Origin: Salibacteraceae bacterium | Lineage (GTDB): Bacteria; Bacteroidota; Bacteroidia; Flavobacteriales_G; Salibacteraceae | Length of the DNA stretch: 64,000 bases | NCBI GenBank assembly: GCA_965662345.1 | Contig: CBFIHE010000008.1 | Span: 28,587 to 92,586, forward strand | Reading direction: 5' to 3' | Part shown: positions 46,401-55,659 of the stretch, in pieces | Layout of the letters: each line of letters starts with the position of its first letter | How positions within the stretch are numbered: the first letter of the stretch is position 1 | Notes under the pieces: generated by a model | The model's database searches: none | The model's input: the letters and a program-made list of their open reading frames with translations, nothing else | What the model was told of the DNA's origin: nothing | Made by a program: the position numbers and the translations under genes

Positions 46401-49400
46401 TTCTTCAACAGTTTCTTCTGCTACAAACTCAGTTTCATCAATTCTTTCTTCAGCACTTGACTCTTCTGTATTTGCTGAAGGAGTAGTTTCAGTTGCAGTG
46501 GCTTCTACATTATTGGCTAAGAATGCATCTGCTGCATTCGTGAATGCAAATGTAGTAGGCGATACACCATTAATTACAGTTGTATTGAACTCAATATGAT
46601 CGCGCTTCTTTTTCTCCAATACCTTAATGGCTTCTACTTCTTGACCCAACTCTCTGTAATCTTCCCCATTTGGATCTAGCTCTTCTACGGCTGATTCTAA
46701 GCCAATCCGGGTAGCTTCTAAATCTGCTAAGTAACGTTCATTGATGGCATTGGTCTTAGCCATGCGCTCATCTACATCTGCAGTGGCTGATGCATCATCA
46801 AACTCAAAGTAGTATTGATCTTCAAGATCTTGGATACTTGGGTAAGACATCTGCCCTTCCGTAGGTTGAAATTGAGTACTATTTGGGGTGCTATTTGCCA
46901 GGATTTCTTCTGCTGCCGCAACTTTTGCATTCACTTGGTTACGCTCCTCGCGAAGCTCATCCATACGCGCATCAAATTCATCTGATGGTTCTTGTAGGAT
47001 TAGAAAATCAATTTCTGCACTAATCGCATCGGCTTTTGCCGTGTAAAGTGCTTCTTCATTCATCGCGCGCAAGTAAGGGTCTTCAATACCTTTTACCGAT
47101 TCTTCTTTATCTTCATAATAGTCGGTGTAAGGTGATTCAGCTGTATTGTATGTGGTAGTAGTTAGCACTTCTGGTTCCTCCTGAATCAAATCTGTATTGA
47201 CATCTGATTCAGAAACCTCTTCAGCAGGTGATTCGGTTTCTGTATCGTTAGAAGCCAATACGGGTTCCTCAGCAAAATTGTAGGTATCACGATCTGCATA
47301 ACGAACACTTTCTGTGTAAACCTCATTAGCACCAGATGCAATGGCTTTTCTATCTGAATCAGATAGGCTTGCACCCGACTCATGTGCGGCTAATACTTCC
47401 TGACTTATGATAGAGGCTCTTCCAGATAGGGCTTCTGCAATTGCCTCTTTCTTTTTGTAATTGCCATATTGCGTAGTCACTTTTGTACTAACCTCTTGCA
47501 AATCTGCACGCATGTTCGCCAAGTCATTTTCAAGCTGCTTTTTCATTTTCGCTTTTTTCGCTTGGTCTGCCTGACCCAGCGTAAAGGCGATGCTTTTCTT
47601 TAGGCGTTCTTCTTCATCATATAGATCTTCGTAACGTTGCTTTGCCGCTGAAGCCTCTCGTTTAGCCTTATTGGCTTTTGCTGTTAGCGCCTCTTCTGCC
47701 TGAGTTTCAACGGGCTTTTTGTTTACGCTTACTTCATCATTCAGTTTTAAATAGGCTTGTACAACTCCGTTGCGATTACCAGCAGCTAACTCTTTTTCTA
47801 CCTCTTTTTTCGCGTCTATAGTTTGTTGGTTTTGCTGTTGTCTTTCATTCCCTAGCTCTTCCAACGTATTGGCATAAGCCAAAGCCGATGCTGCTTCAAT
47901 AGCGTGAGTAACTGCTTCTTCTTTGAGTCGATTTACTTCCTCTACCTTTTCAGAATAATCTGGTGAACCTTTTTCTGGTAATAACTCCTCTAAGCGGTCT
48001 GCTGTAGCAATGTCTTGACGAGCTACTTCGCTTTTTTGTTGAGCTACTGAATAAGCTGCATCTGTATAGCCTACTAAATCTCTGGCATTTGCAGATAACA
48101 GAACAGATTGCTCATCTAAATCAGCGATAATCTCTTCATTAAATAAAGCAATATTCTTTTCAACTTCCTCTGCTTGTGAATCTAGCTTCCCTAATTCCGC
48201 TAAAAATTCAGAAATAAGCTCTTGGTCTTTAGCATCTGGCTTTTCATCAAATAAGTTTTTTATGACCAACTTCTTGCGGTCTCCATCTGCCACTATGTAC
48301 ATTTCTTGTTTAAGTGGATTTAAGGTATTCACTTCAGGAATCTCTACGACTCCTGCATGCACAACATCACTATTCTCTGGCTCTACCAAAAAGCGATAGC
48401 GATGACTAGACTTCACTCTAGACATGTAAAAACCATCTTTAGCTCTGGTATCAAAAGCTGGTAGCTTTTGACCTGTTTCGCTGTCTTCAATCGTGATTGT
48501 AGCTACTTTGCTGCCTTCTGCTGAAAAATTACCTACAAGCAATGCTTGAGATAGCCCTCTATTTGCCGTATCAACCAAGAATACGGTAACAAAACCCGCA
48601 TCATTATTCCGAGAGCTAGAAAAATATGCTTTTCCATCTCCAGTGGGGATGTATAAGAAATCATCATCAGGAGTATTGTACGCATAATCCATATTTTCTG
48701 GCGCGCCAAAAGTTCCAGATGCCTCATCATACTTGGCTCTAAACAGATCAAAACCTCCCATGGAGTTGTACCCCTTTGAGCTAAAGTAGAGTATGTTCTG
48801 CTTTTTGTCGAAATACGGATACCCTTCATCAAACTCTGAGTTCAATTCTGTTATCGGCAAGCGATTCGTTCCATTACCTTCTTCATCTGTAATAACACGG
48901 AAAAGATCTGTTTGATCCTTAGATTTCGAGAAACCAGCAACGATAATAGTGTCTGAACCCTTTTGAATGGCCGTAACAGGACTATACTCCATAGACTCAT
49001 CCTCATCGCTTTGCAAAAACGAAGGAAGCCTGAGAAGTTTCACACCATCTGGCACTCTATAAGACATATAAAACTCACTATTAGAGAGTGTTTTACGCTC
49101 AAACACACGTGGTTCAGAAACATTTTTGAGCACTTTAAACCCATTGTTAGCTGCTCTTAAATCTTGGTCTACTCGAATACGTTTCAAGTCTTTGGAGCTC
49201 GCCTTTGCCTTGAACCGTGAATAATAGATTGCAGCTTCGTTGAATTTGTAGTTGTAATGATACCCTTTACCTAAGTAGTAGTAGGCTTCTGGCTCTACAT
49301 CGGGTTGAGTTGCCGCATACTCCAAATACTTCATGCCAGCCTGTTTATCACTCTCTGTAAAAAGCATGCATGCTCCCAACTTGTAATTATACCCTGCATC

Positions 49401-49580
49401 TTTGGGGTAATACGTTACAAGCTGATTGTAAAGCTTTTTTGCTTCAGCAAACTTACCCTGTTCAAACAGCTCTTCAGCCTGTTTAATGGTTTCTTTATTG
49501 GCCTTATCTTGGCCTTGTAGCGTTGGTGTCGCAAACACCCCCAATACGGTTGCGACAACGATTAGGATGACTCTTGCCAT
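43473..49580 (-). CDS. Giant secreted envelope protein: TPR + PD40/TolB-like region, ~1,300-aa coiled-coil/acidic middle, three C-terminal SPOR domains
   Basis: 2035 aa with a signal peptide (VFATPTLQGQ). The N-terminus has TPR-like helices, and YFSSKGYNSMGGFDLFRAKYDE and AYFSSSRNNDAGF resemble PD40 repeats. The middle is E/A/K-rich. The last ~347 aa (nt ~43476-44520) contain three SPOR-like units (YKVQVGAFS..., YTVQIGVYS..., YRVKVGPYP...). Confidence 0.8.
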   Translation of the reverse strand: MARVILIVVATVLGVFATPTLQGQDKANKETIKQAEELFEQGKFAEAKKLYNQLVTYYPKDAGYNYKLGACMLFTESDKQAGMKYLEYAATQPDVEPEAYYYLGKGYHYNYKFNEAAIYYSRFKAKASSKDLKRIRVDQDLRAANNGFKVLKNVSEPRVFERKTLSNSEFYMSYRVPDGVKLLRLPSFLQSDEDESMEYSPVTAIQKGSDTIIVAGFSKSKDQTDLFRVITDEEGNGTNRLPITELNSEFDEGYPYFDKKQNILYFSSKGYNSMGGFDLFRAKYDEASGTFGAPENMDYAYNTPDDDFLYIPTGDGKAYFSSSRNNDAGFVTVFLVDTANRGLSQALLVGNFSAEGSKVATITIEDSETGQKLPAFDTRAKDGFYMSRVKSSHRYRFLVEPENSDVVHAGVVEIPEVNTLNPLKQEMYIVADGDRKKLVIKNLFDEKPDAKDQELISEFLAELGKLDSQAEEVEKNIALFNEEIIADLDEQSVLLSANARDLVGYTDAAYSVAQQKSEVARQDIATADRLEELLPEKGSPDYSEKVEEVNRLKEEAVTHAIEAASALAYANTLEELGNERQQQNQQTIDAKKEVEKELAAGNRNGVVQAYLKLNDEVSVNKKPVETQAEEALTAKANKAKREASAAKQRYEDLYDEEERLKKSIAFTLGQADQAKKAKMKKQLENDLANMRADLQEVSTKVTTQYGNYKKKEAIAEALSGRASIISQEVLAAHESGASLSDSDRKAIASGANEVYTESVRYADRDTYNFAEEPVLASNDTETESPAEEVSESDVNTDLIQEEPEVLTTTTYNTAESPYTDYYEDKEESVKGIEDPYLRAMNEEALYTAKADAISAEIDFLILQEPSDEFDARMDELREERNQVNAKVAAAEEILANSTPNSTQFQPTEGQMSYPSIQDLEDQYYFEFDDASATADVDERMAKTNAINERYLADLEATRIGLESAVEELDPNGEDYRELGQEVEAIKVLEKKKRDHIEFNTTVINGVSPTTFAFTNAADAFLANNVEATATETTPSANTEESSAEERIDETEFVAEETVEEETFAQEEQPIEQTTEPVTAEVAPEVDENGVPAGGFKYFSNAEEVRKAPVYTGKSPYNATYESRIDEAGNNPNELTASRTQLDANEEWVEEINKEIESLSYLSANASNESTKEVLEDKISSLRTLKSERQAEVNRLNALETTLVESGYVAEEPEEVALAVPEEEIIQAEPQDPEVEEEPAIADTPLPVTEAEPETVEDEEPELVEDFEEESSVEPTEELASLEEPEESTEEPLSFEEDGIAAVADGTENDIEESLTQAENNAALAEPVTEEELVQDELETLDTYLASYGEEAASVQEDLNDTDAQIEELQNQLNAAKKKKEKKALQKEIDYLTERRLQQAEVLDVKRKKATSVEDAKQTLMANPLAERPSAALMAQADKLSYDAQIQKQEIQDQENEIGAMRKKKKRRKALEALEPQKAEANAKLLEAEQAMELAKAVEEAEVLTLKTTTAFSREIIVELPETDRTLTEQEQAQIKSTPEYTDYNATKESFGKSIQEADVLYSEARNQEQQGRNLLAQADASSGEQSDSLRSAGNEEIRLAVNKRKRARALEREAYYAMNMANQDLLAIEDDVLRTDVIALSQGGYSQLLYSADGDIDVIPATLASDIFKKEEANLAYYSDEKPIPVDVQLPQGVVYKVQVGAFSRTIPNETFKGFAPIVGEKTASGLTRYSAGLFKQYNNANSAKDEIRALGYSDAFVVAYRNGDRITLAEARALEQGTVLEEVPAAVATNQPDQPLPVQDRDVVEIASPDELDVQSVNSRASLFYTVQIGVYSSEVSPSALFNISPINSETTTGGLIRYSTGVFSTVAAANAARDRIRTIGIQDAFVTAYSNGERISVEEARATAANGVAVATPQTQTVEETAVQETTPETNIVTPQEATEVPTSALPPSTAESENAYRVKVGPYPGLVPVNEAGVILGMNSVGINIDRTEAGTVYFIGNYATEAEAQALLQVVKSKGINDSEVVKFENGTLIE

Positions 49581-49584
49581 GTAA

Positions 49585-50244
49585 TTATGTTTCTCCTGTA
49601 GGCTGTGGTTGTTCTTTTTTTCGCTTAAGCGATACTTTTGATTCTTCTTTCTTCAGTAGGCGTTTGATATTGGCTCTGTGTGTAACAATTACCGTAATGG
49701 CAATAAGCGCACTAAAGACCATAAGTGCAGGTGTGTCGTTTTTAAAAACAAATACAGTAATAAATGGAAATGCCAATGCAGAACTCATACTCGAAACAGA
49801 CACAATACGTGTAGCAATTAAGACTAGAATGAAAATGCCTAGGCAAACCAAGGAAGACATAGGTTCTACTCCAAGCATGAAACCTAATAACGTTGCGATG
49901 CCCTTACCCCCTCTAAATTGCGCAAAAAGTGGAAAGATATGGCCTACTAGTGCAGAAATGCCAAGAAGTAGTTGGAAGTTTATAAACGGATCTGAACCAG
50001 GCTCTAATCGCGTAACGAATGATGCTAGTTGAACAGCTCCATAGCCCTTGAGTACGTCTAGTAGAAGAACGGGCACACCTGTTTTCCAACCCAACGTCCG
50101 AAACGTATTTGTTGCTCCGGCATTACCACTGCCGTGGTCGCGAACATCAACTTTGTGGAACGCCCTACCCAGCCAAACAGCTGATGGTATGGAGCCAAAT
50201 AAATACGCTACAATAACAAGTAACCCTTGTACAAATTGAGGCAT
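49585..50244 (-). CDS. plsY: Glycerol-3-phosphate acyltransferase PlsY
   Basis: 219 aa. It has the FGSIPSAVWLG and HGSGNAGATN signatures and is multi-TM. Confidence 0.9.
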   Translation of the reverse strand: MPQFVQGLLVIVAYLFGSIPSAVWLGRAFHKVDVRDHGSGNAGATNTFRTLGWKTGVPVLLLDVLKGYGAVQLASFVTRLEPGSDPFINFQLLLGISALVGHIFPLFAQFRGGKGIATLLGFMLGVEPMSSLVCLGIFILVLIATRIVSVSSMSSALAFPFITVFVFKNDTPALMVFSALIAITVIVTHRANIKRLLKKEESKVSLKRKKEQPQPTGET

Positions 50245-50282
50245 AAGGATTGCGATAAGGTTTGCTGCAAATTAACTATTTA

Positions 50283-53200
50283 TTATTCATCTGAGAATTT
50301 AGTAAGAGCTTCACTTCTTAAACGCTTGGATCCAGCTTGGTAGAAAAACTGTCTATTCGTTTTGCTGGCCTTGATTCTACGGTTGTCATTTTTAACGTCT
50401 TGCAAGGCCTCCATAAACTCTGTACTTGAGCTGTATACCAGCATAATACCACTACTTGCTCTGTATTTAAAAATGTAGTAATTCTTCTCCAAATTCAGGT
50501 ACAAGAAAATATCAGTTCCTGTTCGTTTGTTTTCTAGCTCTAAGCCACCTTCTACATAAATATTCAACAATTCCTTACCAATATTACCAATCCCCATTTC
50601 TCCTTTAGAACGGTATACTCCTTCTGACTTCTCATAGGTTAATGCTAAATCGCTAAAAACAAGCGCATTGTAATCTTTTCCTTTCAGCTCATCGGGTAGT
50701 CTAACAGCTTTACCCAAGCCCATTCTAGCCAAGATTTCATCTGCTTCTTCTCTACCCAATAATTCACGTAGTCCTAATGCATAGGTAGGGCGCTCAACAT
50801 CTACAGGCTTCTTCTCTTCCATTGCCTGAATTTCTTTAGTGATGATATCCCAAAGTCCATCATCAAATAAAAACTCCCACTTCGTAATGAAATCGGTATT
50901 GAAATCTTGTTGAACGGAGTTGAAATCATAGGTGCCCACTGGGTTGAATTTCATATGCGGAATATCTCCAGTTACTGTAAATTGACCCTTACCATGTAAT
51001 CTACATGTCTCTTTGTTCATAGAAACGTAATTACCAGGAATAGAGGTCTCAGCTAATTTCTCTAGTGAGGCTAAGCGATACTCCTTTGCAGTTTTATCAT
51101 ACATTAAGTATCCTTCTGTTCTTCCTACAGGAATGTCTGAAGCAGACTGCGCTGATGCCAGAAAACTACCGTACATGGTACTATCTACTGGAATCATGGC
51201 ACTGGCTTGAAGTAACGTTCCTGATTCATTCTTGGCATCTGACGTTATGCGAATATTGATGTCTTCAGGATCAATACTACTATTGAATCCAAACCACTGT
51301 ACAGGTAATTCTGAGCACGTATGATTGAGTTTGCCATAACCCGAGAAAATCAGTGGTTTCTCATTGGCTTCCAATCGAACATCTCCTTTGTAGAAGAATG
51401 CTGGGCTCAAGGTAAAATTGGCCTCATCTGCAATAATACCAGTGGCAAAAGATTGTCTACTAGAGTCAACTGCTACCTGATCAAAATAAATGACTTGTTT
51501 ACGCTTATTCTCATCTAAATAATCGTACTTCCCTGTTGCACGGTAGTTCCACCTTGTTTTCACGTTTACAGTAGCCTCATAAATGGTGTGGTGTTTGGTT
51601 CTTCTATTTGCTACTACTTTAGCAGAGTCTAGGGGATCCATTACCGCATCTGTTCTAACCGTAGCTTTTCCGTCTCCAGGAATAATGCTAGCATCAGCTA
51701 CTTCTATAAAATCAATTCCCCTCGCATTAATAACCGACTCCTTATAATTGTATAGTGCACCTTTAGCAAACCACCGTAGTGAATCTTGCTTGGGGTGAAC
51801 AGAAATAAACTCTGCTCCTTCTACTTGTACTGATTCTGCTCCTTTGTTAATAGGTTCTCCTTCTGCTGAGTATTCAATTTCTTCTGAATCCATTTTCCAA
51901 GTAAATCGATCTAAGAACGCATTGTATTTAACCGCTCCAAAATCTGTAAAAGATTTACCTGTATTTGACACGAATTTGGCTTCTCTGGTTTGGAAATTCA
52001 CATCGGCATTAAGATTTTCTGAGGAGAAGTTCACATCGCCCAAGAGGTCGTTTGGTATTTCAAAATCACAGGTATCTGCCAAGAGTTGTGTAAACTTAAA
52101 TACCATTAAATCTGAGTACAGGTTAGCGCCTTCAAAGTGATTTTCACCCCAACCTACCAGTCCTGTTGGACTGTACCTTACGGTTCCAGTATGTGTTGAC
52201 GTTCCGTTATACATTTCTAGCGGACTTGCACCTTGTACAGAACTGATATCCATGTAGTCTTTATAAGGTCTCCAGTGTACAAATGAAGTGTCTACCGTTA
52301 GTTCTGGATACTCCACCGCACCACCAAATTGACCTTCTAGTTCAGCAGCTTGAGTAATACCATTCACTGAATCTGGGAAAAAGATAAAATTATTAGAAAC
52401 CGCAGTAGCTTCAATGTATTCAAGTGGCCCGTCTCCTCGCAGACCTTTGTTAGACAGATCTATTGTTTGATCAAAATTCCCTTTTCCGCCATAAACAGGA
52501 TATCCTCCAGCTGGTGCTTCCATTGTAAAGCCCAATGAATAATCTGCCTGAAGGACTAGAGTTTCTTCAATATCTGGGAAGATCCCTGCAGAAGCGAATG
52601 TTCCTTTTAATTGGATATCTTCATTCCCAAAATTATCAAGACTATCAAATGTAAATGGCTCTAGTTGAAAGTAGAACTTGTCTCTGTCGTACACTTTATC
52701 ATGCACAAAGCTGTGATCGTAATAGGCGTAAGACTCCTTCTCGCTAATAAACTCTGGATACTTGTTGATTGATTTAAGTCCTGATTTATTATTAGCACGA
52801 TCAATCTTAAGTTCTCCCTGTAAATCTTCAATTATCGTTTGTACACGAGCTTCTAACCTATTCCCGTTCTTGTCTTTTTGGTTTGTTTGCGCCCAAAGCT
52901 GCAACGAGTCTACGATAGGCATATCAACAATAAAGTCATTGTACTTAAATTCAAACTCACTACCAAAAAACTCAGACCTTCCTGCTGCTACCATACCTGA
53001 GAAGTCGAAATCGCGATTCTTCTTCATCACAATTCTCCCACCATTAGGAAAAATCTGCACGTTGTGAGAATCACTCAAAATGATTCTACTCACACCGTCT
53101 ATTGTTAAGTCGTAATTCAATAGGTTCATTTTGGCATTGGGAATGGTATTCCCTGATACGTCTGACATAATGCGTAACACATCGTAATCACTCCTTTTGG

Positions 53201-54824
53201 ACCTACTCATTACTTGGTGCTTAACCTTATCTTTTACAGTAATAAGTTGTTGCTCTTCATCTAACTCAACATATCCCATTATTTGATAGCGATACATCAT
53301 GGGAACTATTTGAGAAGGAGGCAATTGCAAACAATCACACATTTGATTTACCGTGAGCGTACTGCTAAAGTTTTTGTCTACACAAAGCTTTATGTAAGAT
53401 AAAGGATGCTTTGAACCAGCCCCCATTAAACGATCGAAAAGAATCTCTTTGAAGAACTTATCTGAGGTAAAAAGTGCTCTTTTGTCTTGGGTGGTAATGA
53501 GCGAGGTAAAGCGCATTATTGGCTCGTCTATCTTCCAATCTAGAAGCTCAAACTGCATTTCAACCTTGTGAAAATCATTGTAGTATGGCGATGCGGATAG
53601 ATCATCTTCACCGCGTATTAGGTTCACCTGTCTTTCATCTGTAAAAAGCGTAAACTTTATTCCAGGATGTATAATAGAATCTTGCCCAGCTAGAATAACA
53701 ACTCGTGCATTTCCAGAGGTAATGCGGTTACGGTCTGCCTGTCTTACTTCATCCTTCTTTCGTCTTTTCTTTTTGTCGTCAGACTCTTCTACGGGGTCGG
53801 CCATACGAATGGTAAAACGATTAGCCGTAGCAACCATTTGTGGCTTTCCTTCTCTGTTTATAATTACTCGAGCAGGCTCATCATTGTTTCCCGCACCTAG
53901 GAATTTTGGTCCGTGCTGAGCAAAACCACCATCATAGTCTACGCCTTCAATTATGTTTCTAATGGGAATACGGGAGTTAGAAGACTTGAACCTTGGGTAG
54001 CTTCTGCGGTCTTCAGACGCAATGGCCAAAACCTTGTCTTCAAGCCTACCCAAAACAGGTTCAGTGAAGTACTTCTTGTTCATAAAAACCGCTTTTTCCG
54101 CTACATATTCTGGTTTGCGAATATTAATCTCATAACCTCCCTGTATCTCTGCATACACATCTTCTGGCTTAAAACCAGATTGGTTCCAAAGTGACTTACC
54201 ACCTTCACCTACAAAGCGCTTAGAGTCTGAGTAATACGTACCAGATGTATTGTATATGGTTAAGCTATCACCTTTGGAGTAACACGCCAAGCGGATGTTC
54301 TTGAAGTGGACAACAGGCTCTTTTTCAAAATCTAAAGTAAAGTTGGTGGTATGGGCTCTCCAACTCACAGATTTGGTTTGTGTTTCATACAAGGTGGTGT
54401 TGTTGAACAACGTTCTGCTAAACTCCAAGTAACTTAATAATGGCTTCTTTCTGCGTACATCGTCATCTAGTTTATCTATGTATTCATGAAAGCGCTGCAC
54501 ACGCTGGGATCCGTGATTATTTTTGTACAGGTAAACAACGCTCCAAAGGTAATCTGCCATATCTGGATAGATCCTGAACCGAATCTCATCAAACTTATTT
54601 ACAGTAAGCATAATTTGCTCTTGCTCCCCACCAGAAAGCTGCTCTAAAAAGATAGGCTCAAAGGCTTTGATCAACTCTTCTGCCCTGCTTCTATTCGCTG
54701 TATTCAAATTCTTCTCCAAGGTCTTGAAGAACTTCTCAGGCTCAACCGGGTACGACTGAGAGAATGCAGTAATTACACTTAAACAAAAACTTACGGTAAT
54801 AATTACCGGTAGTTTGATATTCAT
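50283..54824 (-). CDS. Very large secreted protein of unknown function (~1513 aa)
   Basis: The track ORF extends to 54938 and would overlap prmA by 113 nt. The internal start MNIKLPVIITVSFCLSVITAFSQ (54824) gives a signal peptide and removes the overlap. The protein is mostly beta-rich, and I recognise no family motifs. Confidence 0.6.
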   Translation of the reverse strand: MNIKLPVIITVSFCLSVITAFSQSYPVEPEKFFKTLEKNLNTANRSRAEELIKAFEPIFLEQLSGGEQEQIMLTVNKFDEIRFRIYPDMADYLWSVVYLYKNNHGSQRVQRFHEYIDKLDDDVRRKKPLLSYLEFSRTLFNNTTLYETQTKSVSWRAHTTNFTLDFEKEPVVHFKNIRLACYSKGDSLTIYNTSGTYYSDSKRFVGEGGKSLWNQSGFKPEDVYAEIQGGYEINIRKPEYVAEKAVFMNKKYFTEPVLGRLEDKVLAIASEDRRSYPRFKSSNSRIPIRNIIEGVDYDGGFAQHGPKFLGAGNNDEPARVIINREGKPQMVATANRFTIRMADPVEESDDKKKRRKKDEVRQADRNRITSGNARVVILAGQDSIIHPGIKFTLFTDERQVNLIRGEDDLSASPYYNDFHKVEMQFELLDWKIDEPIMRFTSLITTQDKRALFTSDKFFKEILFDRLMGAGSKHPLSYIKLCVDKNFSSTLTVNQMCDCLQLPPSQIVPMMYRYQIMGYVELDEEQQLITVKDKVKHQVMSRSKRSDYDVLRIMSDVSGNTIPNAKMNLLNYDLTIDGVSRIILSDSHNVQIFPNGGRIVMKKNRDFDFSGMVAAGRSEFFGSEFEFKYNDFIVDMPIVDSLQLWAQTNQKDKNGNRLEARVQTIIEDLQGELKIDRANNKSGLKSINKYPEFISEKESYAYYDHSFVHDKVYDRDKFYFQLEPFTFDSLDNFGNEDIQLKGTFASAGIFPDIEETLVLQADYSLGFTMEAPAGGYPVYGGKGNFDQTIDLSNKGLRGDGPLEYIEATAVSNNFIFFPDSVNGITQAAELEGQFGGAVEYPELTVDTSFVHWRPYKDYMDISSVQGASPLEMYNGTSTHTGTVRYSPTGLVGWGENHFEGANLYSDLMVFKFTQLLADTCDFEIPNDLLGDVNFSSENLNADVNFQTREAKFVSNTGKSFTDFGAVKYNAFLDRFTWKMDSEEIEYSAEGEPINKGAESVQVEGAEFISVHPKQDSLRWFAKGALYNYKESVINARGIDFIEVADASIIPGDGKATVRTDAVMDPLDSAKVVANRRTKHHTIYEATVNVKTRWNYRATGKYDYLDENKRKQVIYFDQVAVDSSRQSFATGIIADEANFTLSPAFFYKGDVRLEANEKPLIFSGYGKLNHTCSELPVQWFGFNSSIDPEDINIRITSDAKNESGTLLQASAMIPVDSTMYGSFLASAQSASDIPVGRTEGYLMYDKTAKEYRLASLEKLAETSIPGNYVSMNKETCRLHGKGQFTVTGDIPHMKFNPVGTYDFNSVQQDFNTDFITKWEFLFDDGLWDIITKEIQAMEEKKPVDVERPTYALGLRELLGREEADEILARMGLGKAVRLPDELKGKDYNALVFSDLALTYEKSEGVYRSKGEMGIGNIGKELLNIYVEGGLELENKRTGTDIFLYLNLEKNYYIFKYRASSGIMLVYSSSTEFMEALQDVKNDNRRIKASKTNRQFFYQAGSKRLRSEALTKFSDE

Positions 54825-54825
54825 A

Positions 54826-55659
54826 CTATTTAATTTTTTCAAAGACGAGCTGCGCCCAATCGTTTTGATAGTTCTCTTGTAACAAGGAAAAGCCTTGTTC
54901 ACGGGCGGCATCTTTAATGAGCGAGGCATCGTGCTCAAAGAAACCGCTAGTCAATAGGAGTCCGTTTTTAGGAAGTATTTTGGCATAAACAGGCATTTGG
55001 TCAATTACAATGTTTCTGTTGATATTGGCCAAAACCACATCATAAGAATCATCAAGAACTGAATCTATATCACCTAAGACGACTTCTATTTCTGGATAGC
55101 CGTTAAATTTAACGTTCTCTACTGTGCTTTCGTACGCCCAATCATTGTTGTCTACAGCTTTGGTGTATCCAGCATGGCGCATTTTAGCCAAAATAGCAAG
55201 CACACCAGTTCCAGAGCCCATATCTAACACTCGCTTGTTGCTAAAATCAACCTCCATCATGGAACGAACCATTAAGAATGTAGAGTCATGGTGTCCTGTT
55301 CCAAAAGCCATTTTTGGATCTATGACTATTTCGTATTCTACTGGAACGCTCTCATGAAAAGTAGCGCGAATCATGCAACGGTCGTCAACATTTACTGGAT
55401 GGAAATTATCTTCCCACTTCTTATTCCAATTTTCATTGGGAACGGTGTCAAGCTTATACAATACTTGAACGCCTTTTTCATGCAAAACCCACACATTTTT
55501 GAGTGCATTTTCATCAAAGTCTTTCTTTTGGATGTAGGCCAAAAAGAAATCTTCTTGTTGCATGAAGCTTTCAAAACCAATGCCACCTAGGGCATCTGCT
55601 AACAAATCTGTCCACGGTTCTTGCGGGTGAACCTGAAACGTAACTTCTGTATACTCCAT
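54826..55659 (-). CDS. prmA: Ribosomal protein L11 methyltransferase
   Basis: 277 aa. FGTGHHDSTFLM and VLDMGSGTGVLAI are PrmA/SAM motifs. Confidence 0.85.
   Translation of the reverse strand: MEYTEVTFQVHPQEPWTDLLADALGGIGFESFMQQEDFFLAYIQKKDFDENALKNVWVLHEKGVQVLYKLDTVPNENWNKKWEDNFHPVNVDDRCMIRATFHESVPVEYEIVIDPKMAFGTGHHDSTFLMVRSMMEVDFSNKRVLDMGSGTGVLAILAKMRHAGYTKAVDNNDWAYESTVENVKFNGYPEIEVVLGDIDSVLDDSYDVVLANINRNIVIDQMPVYAKILPKNGLLLTSGFFEHDASLIKDAAREQGFSLLQENYQNDWAQLVFEKIK

Noticed and set aside
43889-48832. Small alternative-frame ORFs inside the giant SPOR gene (43889..44140, 47186..47383, 48533..48832 and plus-strand ones)
   Set aside because: They are embedded in a continuous 2035-codon frame with coherent domain structure, so they are shadow ORFs.
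54825-54938. N-terminal extension of the large ORF (track start 54938)
   Set aside because: It would overlap the 3' end of prmA by 113 nt, and its N-terminus does not look like a signal peptide. The internal Met at 54824 gives a proper signal peptide. Similar reasoning trims the track starts of tpiA (56457), DUF1599 (58444), the TPR/CsgG-like gene (33197), PhoD (36259), the K+ channel (60606) and PAP2 (24561).
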